Below, piece by piece: positions 49,779 through 61,637 of a stretch of 64,000 nt of DNA. A program made the translations under genes and the position numbers. The notes under the pieces are model-generated. The model did not search any database. It was not told the DNA's origin and was given only the letters and a program-made list of their open reading frames with translations. The stretch's first letter is position 1. The number at the start of each line of letters is the position of its first letter. This DNA comes from Antedon mediterranea (lineage: Eukaryota; Animalia; Echinodermata): assembly GCF_964355755.1 (NCBI RefSeq), contig NC_092671.1, forward strand, positions 9,610,001 through 9,674,000, written 5' to 3'.

Positions 49779-51769
49779 ATCTCCTAAATGGAACACTTTC
49801 TCGTGAAACAAATGAGGGACATGCTTTAACACTACAACCAGTCCATGCAGGAAACACCATTGTTAGGGGGATATTTGTTGGGTCTCAAAGGTGTCCCTTT
49901 AATACTAAGTAACAGACAAACTAATATTCAGCACTGGTTAATGTATATCGTTGGACTATCATAAATACATCATATGCAGTATTTTATAATATATATTTAT
50001 ATCTTTTTTTTTCTTGAAATTTAATAGTGTTATCAGCACTATATATTAGCGACCATAAGTCTATGAATTTCATTTGTCTTGGATATAATATAGTATCAAA
50101 ATTATTTATCTACTCTTACATTAACATCAACAGAAATATTAAAAAATAAATTATTAATATTTACTGTCATAATCTCGATTTAAAAACTGTAAGTGCGCTT
50201 CTACTTGAAACGTGTTATTTCCACTTAAGCAACGTGCATAATTGATTTTGTTTTGACTATAACATAAGAGCTTGAATACGGTATCTTAGAGTTGAACGAT
50301 CTAAGAAATAAAAATGTTAGCAGGTGTATACAGCATTTGCTTTCGATGGATGTATTCGTGTGATTGCCTTAAAGAATAGGGGGTGTGGCTACAATTCCTA
50401 ATGAACTTCGGAGAGGAAGCACATTGGAAGCTCGTCGTCGGATGCATGATGAAGAACACGATGTCTATAGCTGGAAGCAGGTGCTTAGGTTGCTTTAAGT
50501 ATCGATATTATTACGTCACTATGAGAGCAGTTGATAAATATGCTACATTAATGTATTTTTAGGGCTTGATGATAAGCATTGTTCATTGCTTTAAGCAAGT
50601 ATGTTGTAAATGCCATAGTTCACAAAATAGCTAACATAAAGCCGTTTATGTTGGTGGTGAATAGTTCCTGTACTGTAAATTATACTCCACTATACATAAT
50701 AACGTGTTCCTTACACAAATTCCCTTGGCTCTGCTAGTCATTCGATTATCATCATTACACATTAAATCAACAATGCAGCAACATTATTGCTGCTCTGTCC
50801 TAGACCATCACATAATTTATCATGGAAGAAATAATCAATTATTAATAATCGTAAACTTGTGTTTATTAGCTCTCGAAGAGAGGTAAAAATAACAACCTTT
50901 AGATAGGACACAGCTCATCAACGGGGTTTAGTATATGATGGTATTCGAACACTATACGGTACTAGTCTATGTAGGCCTACACATTGTTCTAAAGTAAACC
51001 TTTATATTCTATTATAACACTGTGGCCATTCAAAAGGCTGCACCCACATCGAATTTTGGCCGCGGAGTATAGACGGTCACATGTTGGTTTTCGAACGCGC
51101 AATTAGTCACCAGCTTAATAGCTTTGCACAAAATTCTAAAAATGTCGCCGTGTGATAGAACCATTAAATAGAACCGTGCAATATAACTACTAAACGACAC
51201 GTGATACGAAAATAACTATCAAATCAAATCTCTAATTAGTGAAGTAGATGGTATTGAGTTACGTGTTCCGATTCTTACCCATCTGACCTTCCATAAGTGT
51301 GTTTTTCAGTACGAGTACGATTCATCTTTTTATACAATAGTTTTACTGACGTTAAATTAATAGGTAACTAGACTCTCACACCTGCTACATAAAGTATTGA
51401 CATTTAAATATAGATTAGTTTGTGCTCTATGAATTACTACTCAACATACATGTTATAAATAAAAACCCTTTCAATTAAAAATTATCAATCACCACTTAGG
51501 GACAGACTTTGCGGGGGTGGATTCAGTAGGACAAGGGGCTAGTTTCAATGGGGCTATGTGACGTTGACTGTGTCGAATACCTTTAGGCCTATATGTGTAT
51601 TTCATAGTCCTATAATATATAATTATAATTTAAAAGAATATGGTTTTACTATTGTAAAATGTCTTCAATTCGATACATTATTTAAATATATTCTTCATTA
51701 TTTTGGACAAGGCATCCCAGTATGATATTAGGCCTATACTTTATGTGCCTAGTTTATATAATAATAATA

Positions 51770-52090
51770 TCGAACATTTATAAAGCGCTCTTTACCGAAG
51801 TCTCACAGGTGAGTTTTCAAGAGATATTTGAATTGAAAAGGGGTTGGAGTGTACCGGATGGAACGAGGAGGTTGGTTCCAGATCTCTGGTTCGTGAGCAA
51901 AGAAGACCTTAGGCACGGTTTAGCTTGGTTCGAGGTGGTATTAACATAAGAGGATCCGTTATAGAACGAAGACCTCTGCTTAGTTGGTCATATGGTTGAA
52001 TAAGTTCGAGAAGATAATGTGGAGAAGTGACAACCATTTTGAACAGATTGTAATCTTGTACTGTATACGCTCTTTAACGAGCAACCAGAG
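51770..52090 (-). mobile_element. Degenerate 3' end of an L2/CR1-clade LINE (C-terminus of ORF2)
   Basis: With frameshifts, the minus strand translates to LWLLVKERIQYKI...SPHYLLELIQPY..LSRGLRS....LIPPRTK...RSSF.H.PEIWNQPPRSIRY....FQFK.LLKTHL. This resembles the LHWLP...RI.YK / R.LRS / F....P..WN.LP / FK..LKT.L tail of L2/CR1 elements. Confidence 0.7.
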
Positions 52091-52388
52091 AAATATAACA
52101 ACAGGATTACTACACCTGTGTCTGCATTCAATGTTTCCTATACTATTTCTACTACTGTAATTAATTCATACGCAAATTATATGAACCTTGAATATTATCA
52201 AATACGATCAATTTAACAATTAAAAAAAAACATTATTTGAGTTAAACCTCACGTTTTAAACGATGTAATTGTGTATTTTCACTATCTATCTCTATTGAAC
52301 GTATTATTAAAAATAAAATCTATCTATGCGAGTCTTTCTACATTGATGTTTATCATTTTCATAATTGAAATAAATGTATCCTTTCACA

Positions 52389-52419
<31 letters not shown>

Positions 52420-54639
52420 TAGTATTATATATTCCAGTATTATCGCTAAACGTTTTAGTGTTATTCACATTGCTGTTAAAATGTATACTGTACAGGCCTA
52501 GAATTGAAGAGTATGCATTACTCTTCATAATCTATTCAATTTAAACTTAATAGGTAGACATCCAGTCTATTTTAACTTTTTAATTTATAAATTTATCCTC
52601 AAAAAGCTGTTTGGACATTTCATTAAAACAAAATAACGGCTAACTGTGTTCGTAGAGATTCCAGAGTTTTTTAATGCATAATTTATTCTATATTGAAAGA
52701 TATCTAATATTAAAACTTTTTTTCCCATTAAAATGGATATGTATTTGACTTTTATTTTTTAAGACAGTATTGTTAAGTTAAATGAATTCAAAAGTTCTCG
52801 TAAACGCATACTGAAAATGTGTGATTTAATGGCAAACTATTAATTTGTACAGAATTAAAACAAACTACGAACATTTTTAGAAATTTTACAACATTTATAA
52901 AGAAAAGATCACAAATCAAGTACTTTATTTATTTTGGTGGTTCTGAAAAATTAGAGAAAGGTTAGTGAGTTTTTCCAAATCAATAATTATTTGACCAATT
53001 CTTTAATAAAATTCTTATGCCCCATTAGTGTTTTCATGATAAATTAATAACATCGAAGTTATGAATTATGCATGAGATTTGATGAAACAATTTATATGCC
53101 TTAGTTAGAACAATTTGCCTCAGGAGTATAAAGAAGAAAAAAACGACCTAACGTATAAGAATTATCAAAACAAGTGTTTCCTAGAAAAAGACTCAGATAC
53201 CCATCCAATCGTTGTACAAATACTACATGGATGATACGCAGAGACAAGAATACGAGAAAAATCAGCCATTTGAGGCACTGTGGAACACATCCACATGAGC
53301 TTAACTAATATAAAATTTGAGGCACTGACAGAAACGAAAATGCTTATTTCTCCATGATATAGTAGTAAGAACGTCTCGTAAGTTTGGGCAAAAATACTAT
53401 ACAAATTATATACTATATACTTTATATCAAACCAAAACAATTCTGGATTCTGCTGCCACAGTGTGGCTGTCATCATTATCTGCCATTCTATAATTTCCAA
53501 TAATTAGCATGGAACACAGGTCAAGTACGACCTCCTAGTGTTTTCAATTCTCTGGCAATATTGCATGTCATCTCATGCCTCATTACCAATATATACATAT
53601 TTTATATCTTTAGTGTAATACGCAGGCAACTCATGAATTATGCATAATATTCTTAAATTGAAACAACTAATTCTGTTATGATCTGAAGCAATTAGTCTAG
53701 GTTCTAGACCGAAATTAGTAAAAAATATAAATATTTTGGCACATTTGGCGTTTCATACGTATAATACATGAGCTCGTATTTGCATACAAAAATCGAAACG
53801 CCGACCGACAGACAATAAATACAGACTTAGGAGCAAGTAAGCACCTAGTAAGAGGAATGGGCGTGGGGGATGAGAGTGGAGAAGGTGCCAAGTTTAGGGG
53901 AAGGGATCTGCTGACCTATCCTTTAAATTTTATGAAATATATAATTATATAACATGAATAGATTCATTTAAATCTTTCTTTTTTTAATAAGTATATAATC
54001 CAGAATACAATTTCTTTTTCGTTTCAATTTCTTTTTAGTTTTTTTTCATGTTATAGCCTAAAGGAATTAGCGGTGCAAGTACAAAACCATATAGTTATAC
54101 AAATTAATAATTATACGATAAACTATCAATAGGCCTCCACCAATCAGAAATGGACCATTAGCGTTAATTACTATCAAAGTTGGCTTATACATTATACATA
54201 ACAATTTAAATTGAAGCAGCTAATGTTAATTACGGTCATGGAGTATTCTATGTTGCGAATAACATGTTTTAATAACTAACCTTAAGTTATTCTGTATCAA
54301 ATTGAAAGTCATCTATTTTGCAAATTTAGAAGGCATATCAATTTCAATCAACAGTGTTTATAGAGAATTATACCGCCTTGTGTTCTCCGGTTCTTATATT
54401 TTACTCTTCGAATATATGTGTACTGTACTATCACAATATTACATTCTGGTAAATTTTACCAGTAGATTCCGATGATAGATTATTATGACAATTTTTAGAA
54501 TTTAAAGTGTGTTGTTGCCATACGAAATCTAACAATGTGCATAGTGGTCAGCATTGGACGTAATTAAACGGAATAAAATAATGAACATATTCTCGTGCAT
54601 TATTTTCTTACGTAAATCGTCTAATGAGAAGACGCGTTA

Positions 54640-54780
54640 AGCCCTGTCAACACTATTAAACTAGTTTGACGAAAAAATGTTCTGTACCCAAATATGGTAG
54701 TGCTATGATGTCATCGTGTCCATATATGGGCACATCACATTTTTTGTCACATAAAGTTTGATAGTGTAGACAGCAGAGCT
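54640..54780. mobile_element. MITE family B copy 2 (TTA TSD), inverted relative to copies 1 and 3
   Basis: tta|agccctgtcaacactattaaact ... agtttgatagtgtagacagcagagct|tta. Confidence 0.8.
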
Positions 54781-55381
54781 TTATTTACCCTTGAGAAACA
54801 CACGTCTCATGTCATCGTGGAGTGATTTACTCGGAGAAAGGCGTTATTTGTAGTAAGAAACGCGTTATTTTCTCAGTCAGAAACGCAGTACAGTATTATT
54901 CACCAACGCAAAAAAGCAATACTGCATCTTACATCCCTTGAGTAGATCTTTTATTTGTATTCATAGGTTTGTAACTAAAATAAACCTAATCAAAGAACAG
55001 CCAATATCAAATTTACATTTCATTTTATCACATGGCTTGTTTGTTATTTGAATTTACTCAAGTGAAACCAATCTAGATTGGAAACATCTGTATGTGAAGT
55101 CAGGTATCGGATTAAGATGATGGACGTGCTTTCTCTCGTTCACTCATTTCACTGTATACATTTGATCTAGATAATCCTGAGATAATCCATTTACGATAAT
55201 CCTTTTTTACTATGCCAATGACTTTCATCATATTATCACGGAGAAATAAGTAATTCTTTGGGATCATACCAAGATGATATAAAACTGAAGAGTAAGATGA
55301 AAGCTATAAAATATTATATTTTAAAGACACTAATTGAAAAATTATGCTCCCACCTCTTTTCCAATTGTGTTAGATGCTTAA

Positions 55382-55538
55382 AGCTCTGTCTATACTATCA
55401 AACTTTATGTGACAACAAAAATGTGATGTGCCCATATATAAACACGATGATGTCATATCACTATTATATTTTGGCATATCACAACTATATTCAAGCACAC
55501 TTTTTTTGTCAAACTAGACTGATAGTGTAGGCAGAGCT
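55382..55538. mobile_element. MITE family B copy 3 (TAA TSD), PIF/Harbinger-type
   Basis: taa|agctctgtctatactatcaaact ... actgatagtgtaggcagagct|taa. Confidence 0.85.
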
Positions 55539-56589
55539 TAACAATGGAATAATGTTCACCCTATAACCATGAATGAACAACTACGGGGTTCTTGTTTGAA
55601 CACATAAGCCAGATGTGTACGTCACACAAACCTCTTTCAATCCTGAATGTTAATGTTCTTCACAGTAAATAAAAATATTAAAAATTAGCTTATAAGTGAA
55701 AACTTAACTCTCAAAACGTTAATAATAGTATACAATATTGTATTCTATTTATACTTCCGTGGTACAATTAGACCACTTCTTTCAATGCACTCATTGCACA
55801 AACAATAGCCTATTAGAGGCTAGCTAAAACCGGAAAATCGAACATAATAATGAATCTCAAATATCATAGAAAAATAATAGTGTTTTATATTTTTAATATG
55901 ATATAGAAGGAAATAGAATAAGTTACAGTAATATATTTAAAGATCTCAGAAAAAGAAATGTGTTTTAAGAAAAATAATTGGCGAAGACAATTTGTCTCCG
56001 AAGATGAATTGCTGTCTGAACATGAGTAATTATCATTATTCGAGACTCTGTTGTAGTCAGAGAACAAACGTTGCTACGTGATCAATTTATGATGGAAGTT
56101 GTTTAGAAGGGGAAGAATCATATGACGAAAGTCGGTTATAAACACGTGAGATATGTCCACATATTACATTATCTTATAATGTATAATACATGTAATATAG
56201 GTTTAATTATTTTGTGACGTGTGAATTAGGGCATTTAACCACGATAAAACGTCAAGTATCACGTATCGACACACACAACATAATTTCTCATATATATTTT
56301 ATATGCAAATGACAATAAATGAAAATAATTTTATACTGATGACTGACTGAAGAGCCCCCACCCCTCCATACAAATCAAATGTTTTCTAGGCTAATCAACT
56401 GCTCTTCTTAATTATAGAATAATCAGACTCTTTCAACTTTATCGCTCATTTTGATAAAGCCATTCTCATAAAGCGCACGTCATATTAGCATCCAAAACCT
56501 GATATCTTATAATGGAGCTTAACAATATGAAGTATGATGCATATTGTCAGCATGATTGCAAGGACATTGACTTGACTAAGTATCAGCAG

Positions 56590-56918
56590 AGTGCTGCAAG
56601 TACTGCAGCAAACTAATACCAGTACTGCAGCCAACTCATACCAGTACTGCAGCAAACTGCACCAATACTCCAGCCAACTATACCAGTAATGCAGCCAACT
56701 GCACCAGCACTGCAGCCGACTGCACCAGTAGGCTACTTCAGCCAACTATACCAGTAATGCAGCCAACTGCACCAGCACTGCAGCCGACTGCACCAGTACT
56801 CCAGCCAACTATACAAGTACTGCAGCCAACTGTACCAGCTGCAGCAAACTATACCAGTACTGCAGCAAACTATTAGCCTACCAGTATTGAAGCCAACTAT
56901 ACCAGTACTGAAGCAAAC
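56590..56918. repeat. Degenerate about 21-bp minisatellite (ccagtactgcagccaactata), about 14 copies
   Basis: ccagta(c/a)tgcagc(c/a)aact(a/g)(t/c)a units are directly visible. Confidence 0.85.
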
Positions 56919-58110
56919 TAATCTAAATAGGCCTATGGTAGGCCAATTTGTCTGAACATTAGGGAACTTTCGATTTACGACGACTAGGACTAATGATCTA
57001 CGCATATTGTGTCATTATTGTTCGCATGGACCTAGAATCTGCCAAAACTGTGTCGGGGAATTGAGTGGTGAGCACATCCCAATGATGACTATGCATGTGA
57101 ATACAAATTACGTAACTAGTTCCTAGGTCGTGGCAAGTCGACAGCAGCACCCTATAAACATTTTGTATAAATAAGCAACATAGTAAGTCAGTATATCATT
57201 GTCATCAGCTGTTGTCAGTTCACTGCTGGGCGAACACCTCAACGTATTGACGAATATAATTAATGACATGTGCTAATTTTATAAACAGCAGCATCATTGC
57301 ACGGCTACCAGTAAACTACTGGACGACGAACGTCTCAGTTAATAACGCTGATGCTTTATTATATGATCCTATCCAATTATTAATTAATACCGTGTTAATG
57401 CCATGTGTCATGTAGTACTTTATATTCATACCATTACTTGTTGACATAACTACACGCCTAGATAATTATATCGATGTAAACAATTCGAAAAGTCGGTGTA
57501 CATCCAACGAAAGGCGACTATGCGAAACGCGTTTTATGTGAACATAAACTACAACCAATCAAAAATGACGTAAACTAATTAGAATACACGCAATTCTTAC
57601 AGTGCAACGCATTGTGTATGAACATGTGCAGGGGATAGGAAGATATAATGCGAAAGATTTCAGTAGGACCTACAATGATGACGAATAATGAAGATGACGC
57701 CGATTAGGACGCCGAGACTTATTAGAGAAAGAATAGGAGAGGAGGGAGCATCAACGACAAAACATAATAGTAATAACAATTAAATAAACATAGTAATATA
57801 CGGCCATTTTCTTTCGGCGCCACACGGCCTAATGTACCTACACACACCGTGTATATTGAGCCACCGTTGTCTACATTATTAATTACATGGCTATCAGAGA
57901 TGACGGTGGTTTACATTTAAAATGATGATGGTAATATTGGAGGCTGTAAACTGTGAAATTGAAATCTCTAAATCTCTCTAAAATCGATAATGATTACGCG
58001 TCGTTACTTAAAAACATACACGTAACGCAGTGTAGAATAATTAATATCAAAATGGGATTAATTCAATGTATTCTACTACGTCGTGGTATTCTGTAAACGT
58101 TCAATATTAA

Positions 58111-58419
58111 AGATGTATTGTCCCCCAAAATCTTGAAAAATAAAGATTTAGAGAGTTATTCAATTATTCAATTCCATATAAAAACAAGGAAACAAATAAT
58201 AATATCACTTATAAAAAGAAAAAATAAACAATTAAATTTAACCAAAAACCTATCTTAAGACAATTAGAATATTTTTTGCTTTAAATTACATTTTTTTCAG
58301 GTAAATAATTTTTTGGTCGATCCAATTTTTGATCAAAGTGAATAACTATTATGTGACATTAAAATAGCATATTCAACAACAACAAATTCAAAATTAATTT
58401 TTCAGGGGACAATATATCT
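58111..58419. mobile_element. Kolobok-like non-autonomous element, TTAA TSD (same termini as 14983)
   Basis: ttaa|agatgtattgtcccc ... ggggacaatatatct|ttaa. Confidence 0.75.
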
Positions 58420-59351
58420 TTAACCATAAATATACTAAAGTTAAAATGAATATTATAAAATAGAACAGTACATTTCATTATTATACAGTATTATTTACTC
58501 ATATCTGTTGAATTGTGTTATGACGATAAACAAGATTCCGAACAAAAACGTACACAGACCTTAAGCGGAAAAATAGACCAAAACAATTTCTTCTTAAGTG
58601 GGTAGTTAAGTTATATAGTTGTTATAGCTAAATAGTACGGTATCGCCACAATCGTATAATGAAGTGCTTTGATATAAATTATAGGCACACGTGGTATTTT
58701 TTTTTTATGAATAACTTATAATGAACGGTTTGATGCATTATATACCGGTAAACGTTAAGTTATAACAGTTATATATAATAAATTATATTATTAAACATTT
58801 GTCTTAAAGCACATATGTGAATACCCCATGCGCAAGATCACAGAAATTGTATTTTATAAATTAATTTGTATTTATTATCAAAATATTTAGCGTCGTAAAA
58901 ATCAGAGCTTGAAATTTATTACGACATAAAAAGTAGATTGTCACTTTAATTGGCGCGCGGGATAAGCCTCAGCACGTCGTTTTTCTCTTATAGTTTTAAC
59001 GGTCGTTATTTTAGCATTATGAAATGGGTCTTGTGAGTGTTGTTATCTAAGATAATGGATCCGAATGGGTAGTTTAATGGTATGTAAGTGCCAACGATGA
59101 CTTGAAAGGACTGAATTTCAAATTTTGATGGAACGCCAAAATGGCAAAAAAAAAAAAACATTAATTAAGAAATATCACTACTACTTATGGTAATCGTTCC
59201 ATAACTAATAACAGTTCACCTAGAAAAAACCCGCCTTCGATGGCTTGCAACATAAGACTTATTCCTATCGGTTTCATCCAATTATAACGGTACGTGATTG
59301 CACCTGATATTATGGAAAAATCTGATCTCCGAAAACGAATCAAACGAAAAG

Positions 59352-59640
59352 GCACAATGAAAGTGAATAATAAAACATAATAATAAAGCGTATGACGTGT
59401 ATAAACTGTCATTTAAGTCCTCGCTTTCCACACACACCAACTAAAGACAATGAAAGTGAATAATAAACAAAATAATACGTATGACGTGTACAAACTGTCA
59501 TTTTAATTAACTAGTCCTCACGTTCGGCCACACCCATATCACCAAATAAAAGCACACAGAAAGTAAATAACATAGAGTATAATAAATACATGTGACGTGT
59601 TTAAATAACTAGTCCTCACGTTACACACTTACACACCCAT
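59352..59640. repeat. Three diverged about 95-110-bp tandem units each containing TGACGTGT
   Basis: acaatgaaagtgaataataaa...tgacgtgt...actgtcattt...agtcctc is repeated at about 59354, 59447 and 59555. Confidence 0.6.
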
Positions 59641-60310
59641 AAAGAAATAAAAATCAAAAAAGTACAAAAACAAAAATAGATTATAACGTGATCTTATACC
59701 ATTTGTATGCATGGTTGTTGCGCCCGTCTATGAAACGTGTAGTGGGATTGATGGGTGAATTCAAATTTTACAAAGATTTCATGATTCCTTGAAAATTATT
59801 AACGATTTCACATCACAAAATTAAGTCTATTAGAGAATACAAAACAGGAGAAAATCAATTTACATTTTCAATCATTAAAGAAAAGGCCACTTTGCTATGT
59901 CTAAAGAAGTACTCTGTGTTCAGAATACAAAATTATAATCAAATCAATTATTAATTATGTATTAAATTATACAAAACGATAAGTCCTTGGAAAATAATAA
60001 ATCAAATTTTCAAAATCAATAGAGTATTACCATTCTGATAGGATAAATGTATAAACATTAGGAGTAATTAGTAGAGTGGCCTTAAGGGTATTTAATGAAG
60101 ATGAAGGTAAAACCATGGACTTATAAATTAGAGGTCCATGCTAAAACTAAGCTAGGCCCTAATGATCAGAGGGCGTAATAATATGTCAGTTATAATATTG
60201 TACTGCCCTCAAGCTAGCTAACAAAATTACGAAAGAGAAACATTATTGGTAACAAAAAATGTACTAACAAACGGTTACACTAGGAATATTACGTTAACTC
60301 TTTGAGAATA

Positions 60311-60836
60311 TACGATTATTGGGAATACTATACTATACGATTCACCGGGAATACCATCATCGAATGACGCGAAATTGAATACCATAATATTAAACGTGAT
60401 ACGATTCACCGGGAATACCATACGATTCACCGGGAATACCATCATCGAATGACGCGAAATTGAATACCATAATATTAAACGTGATACGATTCACCGGGAA
60501 TACCATGCGATTCACCGGGAATATACGATTATTGGGAATACCATACAATTAACGGGAATATCCTACTATACGATTCACCAGGGGTACTATCCGAATCATC
60601 GGGAATAGGCCTACCGTCATCGAATCACGGGGAATTGAATACCATACTATTCAATGTGAATACGATTCACCTGGAATACCATGCTATTCATCGGGAATAC
60701 TTACACGATTCACCGGGAATACCATGCTATTCACCGGGAATACTTACACGATTCACCGGGAATACCGCTATTCACCGGGAATACCGCTATTCACCGGGAA
60801 TACCGCTATTCACCGGGAATACTTATACGATTCACC
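60311..60836. repeat. Complex minisatellite built on (tacg/gct)attcaccgggaatac, including an about 83-bp higher-order duplication
   Basis: About 15 copies of attcaccgggaatac. The segment catcatcgaatgacgcgaaattgaataccataatattaaacgtgatacgattcaccgggaatacca occurs twice (about 60355 and 60440). Confidence 0.85.
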
Positions 60837-61637
60837 ACAACCATGTAACCAATTGGTGAAAGTCTGCGCCACTTTAAGTGCGGCATTTTCTTCATAATGA
60901 GTTGAAATTAATTCGAACGCTATATAAACACAGGCTCGGTTCACAGTTTTTTTTCAGTCTTCGTTAGTTATTTTATAGTCTGTCCTACTAGACATATATT
61001 TTTATATAAATACATGCATATTTGATTGTATTTACTGCTGTAGGAGCCCGTGCACAATTCAAGTTTATTACTAATAGCGTGCGGAAAATGCGTCTGTTAT
61101 TTGGCCATTCACAGAACATTTATAATGCTAAAAATCGTCCTTTACTTGATAGGTTTGAGGGCGCACGATAAACAATTTTAGAGTAGGTCTATTATGGAGT
61201 CGTTTAGAGTAGGTCTATTATGGAGTCGTTTGTAACACAATACAAGGCACAAAACTATAATAAAAAAACATTTAAAAAAGACAACGTACGCTCTTTTTTG
61301 TATCTTTAATATTCCTACAGCCCTTAAGTTATAATATTGATTAAAGTGTACACTTATTATAAATTATTAATAGAGTTGGAGCTCAAGTGACACTCCTACT
61401 TGAGAATGAACTTCAAAGTGTTGTTTTATTAACGTTATTTGCTATTAAAATGACCTTCATTTACGACAATTGAGCTTAGTTGGAATTGTTAGAGTATTTT
61501 TAATAATTATTGTTGGAAAAAAGAAAAATATCCATAGAACCCATTTGGCAAAATGAAAAGGCCACGAAAACCCTGCAAGAGGACATGGTAAGAGTAGAAA
61601 GTAGGAATACTACCAAACTTGACATAAGTATGGAAGC

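Noticed and set aside
56485-57005. Trp/Cys/Tyr-rich minus-strand ORFs (WCSRLQCWCSWLHYWYSWL)
   Set aside because: They are translations of the degenerate 21-bp minisatellite, and indels shift the frame between units.
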